Assembly (NCBI RefSeq): GCF_018350175.1
Contig: NC_058368.1
Span: 143,346,001 to 143,410,000 of the forward strand
Direction of reading: 5' to 3'
Length of the DNA stretch: 64,000 nt
DNA from: Felis catus
Lineage: Eukaryota
Shown: one piece after another, positions 1 through 11,250 of the stretch
Layout: every line of letters starts with the position of its first letter
Position numbering within the stretch: position 1 is the stretch's first letter
Program-made: the position numbers and the translations under genes
The notes under the pieces: model-generated
Seen by the model: only the letters and a program-made list of their open reading frames with translations
What the model was told of the DNA's origin: nothing
Databases searched by the model: none

Positions 1-77
1 GCCAATGCAGAGCCCAACATGGGGCTCGATCCCAGGAACGGTGAGATCATGACCTGAACTGAGATCAAGAGTCGGAT
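1..77 (-). mobile_element. Can-SINE fragment
   Basis: gagatcatgacctgaactgagatcaagagtcgg antisense SINE core; cut by the window edge. Confidence 0.75.
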
Positions 78-1560
78 CTAGGCACTTCGAAGTTTAGCCA
101 TTCATTCTTAGTAAATAGTCAGAATTTAATCCTCATAAAAAGAAGCAGCTGCCATTGTAATATCCCCATGCAGGTAAGGAAATTTAGATGCAGAGGTGTT
201 TAAGTAACTTGGCCAAGGATCTCATATGACTGGAAAGATGTAGCTAATATAAAGACAAAATACAGAGACAAATAGACTTTTTGTTTTTGAAGGATGCCAA
301 GACTTTGAAGTTATTTTTCTTTTCTTATTTTATTTTCATCACATTTCTATTTTCTGTAAACCAAAAGCCACACTGCAAAGTCTTATTCTTAGATTTCTGG
401 CAGCTTGGACATCTAGCCAGATGATTGGAATTTCAGTCATTTTTTTTTTTCCAAAGTACTTACTTGTAGGTGGCAGCGTTACTTGCAAACCCTACTTTGC
501 ATTTTTTTCTGGGGAAGATTAGAAAAAGCCATCTGGTTAACATTACCCTGAAAAATTCTTCTCTGAGTGGAGCTTCCTAAGAAGAAATTTTAAGGGAAGA
601 ATGTGGTATAAAGCTACGCAGAATACAAATAGAAACATTTAGAAACTGAAGCATTGCATTCTGATACTTATGAGAAGTATCTTTCCCTACAATAAATTCA
701 CTTTTCTTCCAGCCCTTTTCTCCACTTTTCCTTTTGAGGAAATTTTTTTTTTGAATGAAACTTTGTTTCTTGACAACACTTTTGTAGCTCTTGTTGAGGT
801 TTAATCTTGTTCACATACTGCTTGATTTTGAACTTTGGGCTCCTTTTCCATTAGCTGTCTTTTCTATTCATGTTTTTGTTACCACCATCCTCCACCTCCC
901 TAATAGTCATTCTTGCCTCTCTGCCTAGAAGAGAATCTGGCAAATAATAGGTGCTCAGTAAATACTTGTTGATTAACTGAATGACTGCTTAAACGGAATG
1001 AACAAATGAACTAGTGAGTGAAGACCTTTCCAGGGAGGAAAGAAGCAAGATCAAAGAGAGAAAACTTGAAACAAATTGTAACTGATGGACTTTGTAAAGA
1101 AGGTTTGGTGATAATGACTTTATTCTTTTACATTCCCTAAAATCTGTTGACCCTGAGAAGGCTACATATCCATATAATTTCAGGACTCAGTTTAGAAAAA
1201 TCAAATGCTACTCTAAAAATGGCTATTGGATCAATTTAAAAAGTTAGTTTTTTGGTCTAATTAATTCATTTAATTACAGTTATCTTGTCCAGTTATTTGT
1301 CACCTACAACTAACAAGATGTTTTAGATCTTTAATGCCTAGTAAGTTACTCTTTCTTATCTTTTACTTTGAATCTCTTAGAATACCATTTTATATTGTAT
1401 GGTTCTTTAGTTTTCAAAGTAACAAAAGTTAAAGACGGTGACATTAATCTGGGCCATGTTAAATCATACCTGTTTAAAAAAACATTCATGATGATTAAAA
1501 CTGAGACATTGATTGGCATTTATTATAATTCTTATTTTTGTCTTCATAAAATTAACCTTT

Positions 1561-1581
1561 TGTTTATTTTTTTAAGTTTAT

Positions 1582-1630
<49 letters not shown>

Positions 1631-1787
1631 ACAGGAGGGACAGAGATAGAGGGAAAGAAAGAATCCCAAGTGGGCTCCATGCTTAGCATGGAGCCCAATG
1701 CAGGGCTTGATCCCACAACTGTAAGATCATGACATAAGCTGATATCAAGAGTCAGATGTTTAACCTACTTAGCCACCCAGGTGTCCC
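1561..1787 (-). mobile_element. Can-SINE with (GA)n microsatellite
   Basis: Diverged TSD ATAAAATTAACCTTT / ATAAAGTTAGCCTTT; (GA)n at ~1585-1620. Confidence 0.9.
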
Positions 1788-2859
1788 ATAAAGTTAGCCT
1801 TTTAAACAACAACTTTCAGACTCATAGATTTCACTTATATTGTATCTTATGAATTAAAATTTTTTATTTCCTTAATACATTTCTGTATTTTCCAAAATTT
1901 ATCCAATAGACCTTCATTACTTTTATAATCATAGAAAGCAATAGATCCCATTAGTACCCTACCTCTCCAAATCAGCCACTTATCCCTCTGAGCAAATTGT
2001 TGTTCAGATTTATGTTTTAGCATAGTAATTTCTGAAGGCATGAGAACCTATGACAGTAATTTCACCTTGAAATTCCTAAGGGCTCTCTCCAAGAGAGTGA
2101 ATAGAGAATTACATTCAAAATGTATTCATGTAGAATTTGCAATTGCCTTCTTTGATTGTACTGTCTATACTCAGGCAATATCAAGGTTGAAATTACACGC
2201 TGATATACTTAAAATGATTTAGAACATATGAATTTATTTCCTTTTCTATCTTTATGACATCCATTGTTTTCTTACATGTAAAATAGGGCAATAGTTGCTA
2301 AACTTTGTTTTAGTTCTGATACTCTCTAATCACTCAGATTGTTCTACAATAAATTCATTAGAGAGAAAATTATGGAGAATTGTATTTTGAATTCCCAAGA
2401 ACACTGTTCATCTCAGGAACCAGTACATGTTCTCAAATTGCATACAGAAAAATGCACTTTGAAAGTGTACCCATGACCTATACAGAATCACACTGGATAG
2501 AAAAAAAAATGGCAAGTTTGAAGAGTTTTAATCCTGTAATAATCATCTAACCATATCCTGTACCTCTGGTTTCTGTCATCACCTCCTAAATAGAAAGACA
2601 TCTATGGATTTCCATATGACATTACTTAATAAAGAGGAACTTTCTATAATTTCTTTGAATCTTTTTGAACCTTTTATTTCTCTAACTGTAGAACCCTGCT
2701 TATAACATAGACTCCATTAATGAACTTCTATTCAGTTACCTCATGACTTTCATACACATCCCCAGGGTAACTCAGGACGTGTCTGATCTGTTTTTAGAAG
2801 AGGTGGTGGCCTTTGGATGGATTATGAATTTAAAAAATATATTACAGGTATTTTCTTTT

Positions 2860-3077
2860 TTTAATGATTATTTAGTTTTGAGAGGCAGAGAGAGAGACAG
2901 AAAGACAGAGTGTGAGCTGGGGAGGGGCAGACAGAGAGGGAGACACAGAATCCGAAGCAGGCTCCAGGCTCTGAGCTGTCAGTACAGAGCCCGACGCGGG
3001 GCTTGAACCCACAAACTGCAAGATCATAACCTGAGCCGAAGCCGCATTCTTAACCGACTGAGCCACCCAGAGGACCC
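2860..3077 (-). mobile_element. Can-SINE
   Basis: TSD TACAGGTATTTTCTTTT at 2843-2859 and 3078-3094. Confidence 0.92.
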
Positions 3078-3169
3078 TACAGGTATTTTCTTTTGAAAGT
3101 CCATTTTCAATTCTTCTGAAGAGAGCCAGCATATCTTGGTAGGAAAACAGTTAAAAATAACAAGCTTGG

Positions 3170-3420
3170 AAACAAACAAACCTGTTCGTATCCCAGATGT
3201 ACTTTGAACTTCTGCCTGACCTTGGACAAGTTACTTTACGGCTCTGATTCTCAGTTTTGTCATTTGTAAAATAGAGATAATAATAGAACTCCTTTTGTAA
3301 AATTGCTTATGAGGAATAATTACATGCCACACACTAAGCACTTTGCATTCCATTTAATCAAGTAATACTTATTGAGCACTAAGAATGTGCCAGGCACTGT
3401 GCCAAGCTCTGGTCTAACTC
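3170..3420. mobile_element. MIR core plus L2 3' end
   Basis: tgaccttggacaagttactt...ctcagttttgtcatttgtaaaatagagataataat; catttaatcaagtaatacttattgagcact...tgtgccaggcactgtg. Confidence 0.65.
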
Positions 3421-3537
3421 AAGACTGTTCTTTTTCTTCCCTCAAGGTTCTTTGTTTTTGTTTTTGTTTTTTTTTTTTAATCTAACTTCTATTCCTTTAG
3501 GTCTCAGTTTAAATGGCACTTTTCTCACAGAAATCCT

Positions 3538-3985
3538 CTGTGTTAGCTCAGGTCCTCCAAGAAACTAATATCAGGTTAGGATTAGATGTGCAAGAGATTT
3601 ATTAGAGGAGATCCCTGAGGAAGATAAAGGAGAGAAAGCAAGAGTAAGCAGAGAAAGACTCGGATTCCAATGCAAGTCTGACATCTGTTGAAGGAGAGGG
3701 AGAAAGGAGAATCGGGTAGGAAAAGATTGCAGTACTAAGAAAGTGCTGGCTATGCCAGTGGGAGTTCTGAAGCCAGAATTGCCCATTAGAGGAGTTCTGT
3801 GTCCTGTAGGGAAGGACTGGCAGTAGTATCTCTGCTGTGCTCAGTCATTGGCTGGTTGAGGCTCAGGAGAGGCATAGCCTCCACTCCAAACGTGGTGGGT
3901 CTGGAGAGGCAGTAGCTGGGGTTGTCAGTCAACTATGCTCCTCACATAGGAGAGCTAAGAAGTGCATGTCCATAGCCAGCACAGC
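3538..3985 (-). mobile_element. Old ERVL-type solo LTR (LTR33/LTR16/LTR41-like)
   Basis: ggtcctccaagaa...gattagatgtgcaagagatttattag...gaggaagataaagg pattern recalled from ERVL LTRs; subfamily uncertain. Confidence 0.5.
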
Positions 3986-4384
3986 CTCCATAATAGGTTG
4001 GATCCTCCAGTTATTTGCTCTTATAGAGACACGTATGTTCCTTTTCTCTGTTACCACTGTAAAAATTAAGTTTCTGTTTTCTAAATTTGTAAAGGTTATT
4101 GTCTCTGAACAGTCATCTACACGAAGGTAGAAACTGGGTGGGTCTTCTTTACCATTGCTTCCCCAAGAGGCACAAGATGCCTTGGGTGAAATGGCAGATA
4201 ATAAATACAAAGGACAAGAGTAGTCATTATTTTTATCCATTCTCTTCTATTCTGCACTTTATCACGTCCAAATCAAAGCACTGCAGCCTCATACTGCAGG
4301 ATAACTTGCAGATTTCAGCTTAACCTTATTTTCTCTGGAGCGTCTTTATTTCATTTTGTCTTAGGGAGATGTTGCATCTTTACA

Positions 4385-4601
4385 TTTGTTTTTAACTTTT
4401 TAAAAAATGTTCATCCATTTATGTTGAGAGAGAGCACGAGAGCATGCGTGTGCAGGGGAAGGGCAGGGAGAGAATCCCAAGCAGGCTCCGCAATGTCAGT
4501 GCAGAGCCCAGTGCAGGGCTGGATCCCACCAACCATGAGATCACGACCTGAGCCAAAAGCGAGAGTCAGACGCTTAACCAACTGAACCACTCAGGTGCCC
4601 C
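4385..4601 (-). mobile_element. Can-SINE
   Basis: Antisense SINE ending caggtgcccc; short TSD GCATCTTT. Confidence 0.88.
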
Positions 4602-5509
4602 GCATCTTTCCTTTTAATATGTATCAAAGCGAATCAAAAGTGGTGAGGCTTCGAAGACGGATTTTGGAAATGTGTTAAAATACACTCATGCATGAGGAAA
4701 GAAGAACTTCTGGCACCTGGTTGTAAATTCTTTCTACTATTTCAGTGGGTAGAATCTAAAGAATGTCTCTTCTGGGCCTAGAGAGCTATTTATATACACT
4801 GGTGATTGCCAACTTCTCTCTAAATGACCTATTTCTCCATCCCCATCTCCTTTCTGGAAACCAAAATTTTCATCAGATACAACAGAGAGTGTTAGGGAGA
4901 TAAGAACGGGAATGTAAGTGAGTAAGACAAAGATGGAGGAACCTAGAAGTTAGAGTGGACTCCACATCATGGAAAAGTTCAAGATGCTCAACAGGCAAAT
5001 ATAAAATCAACAACTACAAAACCACATCATCAAAAGCTCTTGAGTCCCTTAGTCCTGCCCTTCTTCCCTGACTACGTCCCAAAGCAGAGCTTTGAGTCAG
5101 AGAGGGGCCTATGCTATGCTAAAGGAGGAGGCATAGAGTGCAGAGTCTAGCTATCGAGATTCAAATCTTATCTTTGGCCTTTCTGTGGGATATTGAGCAA
5201 AGTTGCTTGACTTCACTAAGACTTAATTTTTTTACATGTACAGTGAAGATAATGAAAGTAGCAATCTTAGAGGACTGTTAATCAGAGCATAAGACATAAT
5301 TTATGTAAATTGCTTAGCAAGGTGCCTGGCATATAGTAAGCTCCCAATAAATCTCTTTGCTATCAATTCTTGTTAGGACTTCTGCCATACCCTGCTCCAG
5401 CCATTTTCAAAGTGTGTTTTAGGAGCCATGTAGTCAAAATTATTTTCAAAATAATATTAAGAATTTATGTTTTTTTATTGTTTTAACTTTTGCTTTGATA
5501 GTTCAAAAG

Positions 5510-6120
5510 CAAATCATTGTAGACCACAAAATACTACCTCACATCCACTAAGATGGCTATAATAAAAAAGAGAGACAGTAATAAATGTTGGCAAGTATGT
5601 GGAAAAATTGGAATACTCATACACAGCTGATGGGGATGCAAATGGTGCAGCCATTTTGGAAAAGAGTCAGCAGTTCCTCAAAAAATTAAACACAGAGTTA
5701 TCACATGGCCTAGCAATTTCACTCTTAAGTATATACCTAAGATAATTGAAGACATAGGTTTTTAAAAAATTTTTAATGTTTATTTCTTTGAGAGAGACAG
5801 ACAGACAGACAGACAGAGTGTGAACAGGGGAGGGGCAGAGAGAGAGGGAGACACAGAATCCGAAGCAGGTTCCAGGGTCTGAGCTGTCAGCACAGAGCTC
5901 GATGCAGGGCTTGAATCCATGAACCATGAGATCATGACCCAAGCCAAAGTCAGACTCTTAACTGAGTGAGCCACTCAAGCGCCCCAAGATGTGTTTAATC
6001 AGAAACTTACACATGAATGGTTATAGCAACATTATTTGTAACAGTCAAAAAGGGGACACCCAAATGTCCATCAGCTGGTGATTGGATAAACAAAATGTGG
6101 TATATGACACAATGGAATAT
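5510..6120 (+). mobile_element. Old L1 3' region, interrupted by a Can-SINE (5757-5985, -)
   Basis: cacatccactaagatggctataat...gcagccattttggaaa...caaatgtccatcagctggtgattggataaacaaaatgtggtatat. Confidence 0.8.
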
Positions 6121-6122
6121 TG

Positions 6123-6311
6123 GGTTGGATAATACTATTGAAGGGGTTGTCCTGTGTATTGATTATTGGAAACTTTAGTAGCATCTCTGGCTTCTAGTCA
6201 TCAGATGCCAGTAGCAACCACCTCTAGTCCCAAGTTGTGTCAACCCAAAATGTCTCCGAATATTGTTAAATAGCCTCTGGGAGCAAAATCACCTCTAGTT
6301 GAACACCACTG
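6123..6311 (-). mobile_element. MER20-like hAT-Charlie MITE
   Basis: agatgccagtagca...caaaatgtctcc...gcaaaatcacctctagttgaacaccactg matches the recalled MER20 reverse strand. Confidence 0.7.
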
Positions 6312-6599
6312 GCACAAATCAATCGTCCTTATATTCTTCACTATCCTTCTCTTGCTGTTTAAAAATAAATTACAATTTAACTCAACAGTGTTCTTAAGGA
6401 GGGTACTTAGATTCTTCCGATGAGATTGGAAGTGATAGTAACAAATGTGGTATTTAGATAGCATAGGATGAAATATGTCAACATTTGGAAGATCTACATA
6501 ACTCAGTGAATGAATATTTCCAATTGACCACTGTGGGATGTTAAAATTACTCACAGTTTAAGAGATTCACCGAAAGTGCAACATGGACCAATAGATTTT

Positions 6600-9115
6600 C
6601 CCTTTAAAAAAAAAAAGTCACAGCTTGTTGGAGGTATAATTGACTCATAATAAGCTACACATTTCTACACATGTATATACACATGAAAATATTACAACAA
6701 TCAAGATAATTAATGTGAATATCACTCATGAAAGTTCTCTTCTAATCCTCTATATTCTCTCCCTTCTACATTCTCCCTACATTCAACCCTTCACCCCAAC
6801 TCATTCTCCAGGCTCCCACTGACTTGTTTTCTCTCTAAGGATTAGTTTTCATGTCCTGGAATTTTATGTGAATGGGATCATACAGTATGTACTATTTTTT
6901 GCTCAATTTCTTTCACTGATCATAATTGAGATTAACCATGTTGCAAGTATATCAAAAGTAAATTTGTTTTTACTCTTAGTATTCCATTGTATGGATATAT
7001 CATGAATTGTTTATTCGTTTACCTGTTGGCAGACATTTGTGTTGTTTCCAGTTCTTGCCTATTATGAACACAATTGCTATGACGTGTGTACAAGTCTTTG
7101 TGTAAACAAATGCTTTCATTTCTTTTGGCTATATACCTAGGGGTGTAATGTCTAGGTCACATGTAAATATACGTTTAACTTTTTAAGAAATCGCCGAAGA
7201 ATTTTCCTAAGAGGATGTAACATTTCACATTCTCATTAGTGGTTATGAGAGTTCCAATCACTCCACATTGCAACCATAGTTGGTATGGCTAGTCTTTTTC
7301 ATTTTACCATGAAATAGGTAGGTGGTGATATTTCACTGTGGTTTTAATTTGTATATTCTCTAATTACTCATGATGTTGAGTATCTTTTCATGCACTTATT
7401 TGCCATTTATATGACCTCTCTGGTGAAGTGTCTATTCAAACTTTATGCTCAATTGTTTATTGGGTTGCTCATTTTCTTATTAAGATATGAGAATTTTTTG
7501 TTTTTTGTTTTTGAGGTATGAGAGATTTTCAAAATATACATTCTGGATACAAATTCTTTATCAGATATGTGATTTCTAAATATTTTCTTCGGTTTTTGGC
7601 TAGTTTTTTCATTTTCTTAGTGTCCTTTAAAGAAATAGTTAATTTCTTTTAACTATTGAATGATGAAGTTCAATTTATTACTTTTTGTCTTTTAAGGATA
7701 GTGCTTTAGGTATTATACCCAAGAAATCTTTGTTTAGCCTAAGTTCACAGTTATTTTTCCCTGTTTTCTTCCACAAGCTTTATGTTTAGATGTATGACCC
7801 ATTTTGTGTTTTCCCACACAATATTTAACTTCCAACACAATATTTAACTAATTAATTAATTTATTCATTTCACCTATGAACACCCAAATGTTTCAGCATT
7901 ATTAGTGAAGTCACTAATACAGTCACAATTACTGAATTGCCTCTGTCCTTTGTTGAAATCAACAACTTTGGCACTTTTTAAAAACTCTATTCAGTTTCAT
8001 TGAATAGGATTTGGTCAGTTTTATTGATCTGTTTCTCTTTCTTTACACCAATACTATATCTTCTGGGTTAATGTAGCTTTATAGTAAATAGTGAAATCAG
8101 GTAATTTAGTGTAAGTTCTGCAACTTTGCTCTTCACTCTCAAAGTTGTTTTGGTTGTTCTAGGTCCTTTGCCTCTCCATATAAATTTTAGAATCCTTTTG
8201 TCAATTACTAAAAAAGCCTGCTGGGATTTTGATCAGGATTGTATTGAATTTACAGATTAATTTGGAGAAGAACTGACATTTTTAAAGTTTTGGCTCTTCT
8301 AAACCATGAACATGGTATATCTTTCTGCTTGTGTCTTCTTACATTTCTCTCAGCATATTTTGTATTTTCAGTGTACAACTTGAATATCTTTTATCAAACT
8401 TATCCTGATATATTTCACATTTTTGATGCTAGTTTAAATGATATTTTAAATTCCAATTTCAGATTGTGTATTGTTAGTATAATACAAATACAATTGACTT
8501 TAGTATATTGATTTTATATCCTGTGATCTTGATGATCTCATTAACAGTTCCAGTAGCTTTTGTAGATTCTGTAGGATTTTCACCACAGATCATATTATCT
8601 GCAAATAAAACCAGTTTTACTTTTTGCTTTTCAATTCGGATGCCTTTTATATCTTTTTCTTGCCCATTGCACAGGCTAGACCCCCTACTACAATGCTGAA
8701 GAAGTGGTGAGTACAGAAATCCTTGCCCTGTTCCCCATCTTTGCTGAAAACATTTAGTTCTTTACCATTAAGTATGGTGCTTTTTATAGGTGCTTTCTAT
8801 CAAGTTGAAGAAGTTTCCTTGAATTCCTAGGAATGGATATTGGGTTTTGTCCAGTGCTTTTGCTGCATCTATTAAAATGATGATACAATTTTTCTTAGTT
8901 AATATAGTGAATTATAGTGTTTGATTTTCTATTAATTCAACCTAATTGCTGGGATAATTCCCCTTTTGGTCATGATGTGTTATCTTTCTTACATATATTA
9001 GAATAAAAACAGCAGGAATTTTGTTAAGAATTTTTGCATCTGTTTATAAGTATATTGGTCTGTAGTTTTCTTGTAACCTCTTGGGTTTGAGTACCAGGAG
9101 GACTTTGGCAGAATT
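6600..9115 (-). mobile_element. Old L1 (3' UTR through the ORF2 RT region), degenerate
   Basis: Continuous antisense L1M-type sequence from the 3' end to the LPNSFYEASITLIPKP-equivalent region. Confidence 0.85.
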
Positions 9116-9149
9116 GGAAGTTTTCTTTTAAAAATACATCTTGTTAACT

Positions 9150-10400
9150 CTACAAAAAAAGAAAGCTGGAGTGGCTACATTACCATCAGAGAAAGTACAC
9201 TTTAGAGCAAAAAAATATTACCAGGAGAAAAAGAGATTTTATAAAGTGGATGATTTATAAAATAGATCATTTCATAATGAGAAAATACTTTTCACAATCA
9301 ATTTCATTAAGGATAAATTAATCTAAATAACAGAACAAAATCCCAAAGCCAAGAGCACACTGTACACACTGTATGTTAACTTGACAATAAATTATATTAA
9401 AAAAATAATAGAACAATTACAAATGCAAAAAATAGTTTATGCAACTAACAGCAGAGTTCAAAATACATGGGGCAAACCTGATAGAACAAGTAGAATTAGA
9501 AGAATCCATAATTATAGTTGGAGAGTTCAATACTCCTCTCAATAATTAATCGGGTAAGTAGACAAAAAACATATTCTAAATCCTCTAGGATTTAGAAGAT
9601 TTGAACAATAGTATCAACCAATTTGATGTGATTGATATTTGTAGAACATTTCACCCAACAATTGTATCAATACACATTCACCAAGGCAGACTATATTATG
9701 AGTCACAGAATAAGTCTCAGTAAGTTGAAAATGATTCAAATTATGGAAAGTATTTTAACTGGATTATTAAATAATGGAATTGAATTAGAAATCAGTAACA
9801 GAAAGATGTCTGGAAAATTCCTCAATTTTTGGAGACAACATAATACACTTACATATAAACCACGAGTCAAAGAAAAAAATCTATGGGGAAATTAGAAAGT
9901 ATTTTGAAATGAAGGAAAATGAAAACATAATATATTAAACATATTAAACATTAATATTAAACATATTAAATATACTAAAACGTGTGAGATGTAGTTAAAG
10001 CAGTACTGAGTTACAAAAGAAGAAACATCTGTAATCAGTGATCTGTTTCCAAGTTAAAAAACTAGTAAATTAAAAAAAAAAAAAAAAACTTAAAAAATTA
10101 AAAAAAAAAAAAAGCAAAAGAAAGGAAATAAACCTAAGAGAAGAAATCAGTAAATAGGAAACAAACAATAAATATAATCTTTGAAAGCAAAAGATGGCTT
10201 TGGGATTTGAGATCACTAAAGTTGATAAGCCTCTCTCCAGAATGATCAGGAAAAAAGAACGAGGATACAAATTACCAACTTCAGAAATGAGAAATTCTTC
10301 TACAGGAATTAAAAAGAAAATAAAGGTATATTGTTAACAGATTTACATTAACAGATCCAACAACGTTGATATTTTCACCACCACCAAAGTTCACTCCAGT
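9150..10400 (+). mobile_element. Old L1 ORF2 endonuclease/linker segment, degenerate
   Basis: aagaaagctggagtggct...tcagagaaagtacactttag (KKAGVAIL.SDK), atagttggagagttcaatactcctctctcaa (IVGDFNTPLS), ataatggaattgaattagaaatcag. Confidence 0.82.
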
Positions 10401-10827
10401 AGAAATATTAAATATTTGTTGAATAAGGGAATGTTAGCTATTATTAAGGACAGGGCGCCGAGTCCAGGCTGTAGAGATCAATAAGGCATTTCAGCCCCAA
10501 GCTGCTTTCATTTCACTGGAGGGAGGAAAATAACCAAAACTTAATACAGATCAGTGCAAGAGTGAGGGAAAGCTGGGTCAGGAAAAGCTCCTCTCGGGCG
10601 GAGTCATCCAGCTGAGACACGAAGGACCCGTAAAAAGTGCTTAACTTTTTAAAAAGTGCACAGGAGTCGTTGTGCATTAGCTCGGACGCGGCCCAGAGCC
10701 GAACAACGCGGCCCGGCCACCGCCGACTGCCTGATCCCTCTTGTCTCAGCGCAGGCCTAGCCCTTCCACATTCGCGCTCGCAGCTGCTGAACAGCCACCT
10801 CCGTCCTAACCCAGACCGTAGCATTTG

Positions 10828-10839
10828 TGCGCCTGCGCA
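10828..10839. promoter_or_regulatory. NRF1-type site TGCGCCTGCGCA
   Basis: One mismatch to the NRF1 palindrome TGCGCATGCGCA, inside the CpG island and next to GC-box and ETS sites. Confidence 0.65.
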
Positions 10840-10858
10840 CTCAAGCAAAGCACTTGCT

Positions 10859-10886
10859 GGGGCGGGCGGGGAGGCCGCCGGAAGTG
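10859..10886 (+). promoter_or_regulatory. GC boxes (SP/KLF) followed by ETS/GABPA site CCGGAAGTG (10878-10886)
   Basis: GGGGCGGGCGGGGAG then CCGGAAGTG. A second ETS core, CTTCCGG, lies at 10933-10939. This is a typical housekeeping core promoter, and the TSS is probably just downstream. Confidence 0.7.
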
Positions 10887-10889
10887 TGA

Positions 10890-11250
10890 CCTTTCGCTCC
10901 CTGCTCGTTGTTCCCATCCGGGTCGCGACAGTCTTCCGGGTGTTTCTGACAGGGCTTTCTACGCCGCTTTTTCGGTGACTTTTTGGTCTTCCGCTTCTTG
11001 CCACCGCCCCGAACCTCCCACACCCTTGCTGGCCCTGCCTTTTCTTGTGTCGCTCCTCCCCGGCCGCCGAGCCCGGGGTTTAGGTTGCGATCCGGATCCG
11101 GAGCCAGGCCTAGCTTTTACGCGGGCCGCTACCTGCTTTGGCTGCGGCGAAAGCGACAGCCGAGCGCGCCGGGCTCTCGCTGCTCCGGCCTTGGAGCTCC
11201 TGGGCGGGCAGTACCAGTAGGCCCTGCTTAGCCCTTCCCCGAGGAGACCT
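10890..11250 (+). other. TENT2: Putative non-coding exon 1 (5' UTR) of TENT2; start approximate
   Basis: No ATG in 10890-11250, ending at donor CCT|gtgagt (11251). The TSS cannot be determined from sequence. Confidence 0.55.

Noticed and set aside
3837..4323. Cluster of 74-103 aa ORFs upstream of the promoter
   Set aside because: Partly overlaps an old LTR, with no recognisable protein similarity or convincing splice structure.
11091..11102. 12-bp palindrome TCCGGATCCGGA in exon 1
   Set aside because: Short, within GC-rich DNA, and I cannot tie it to a specific factor.
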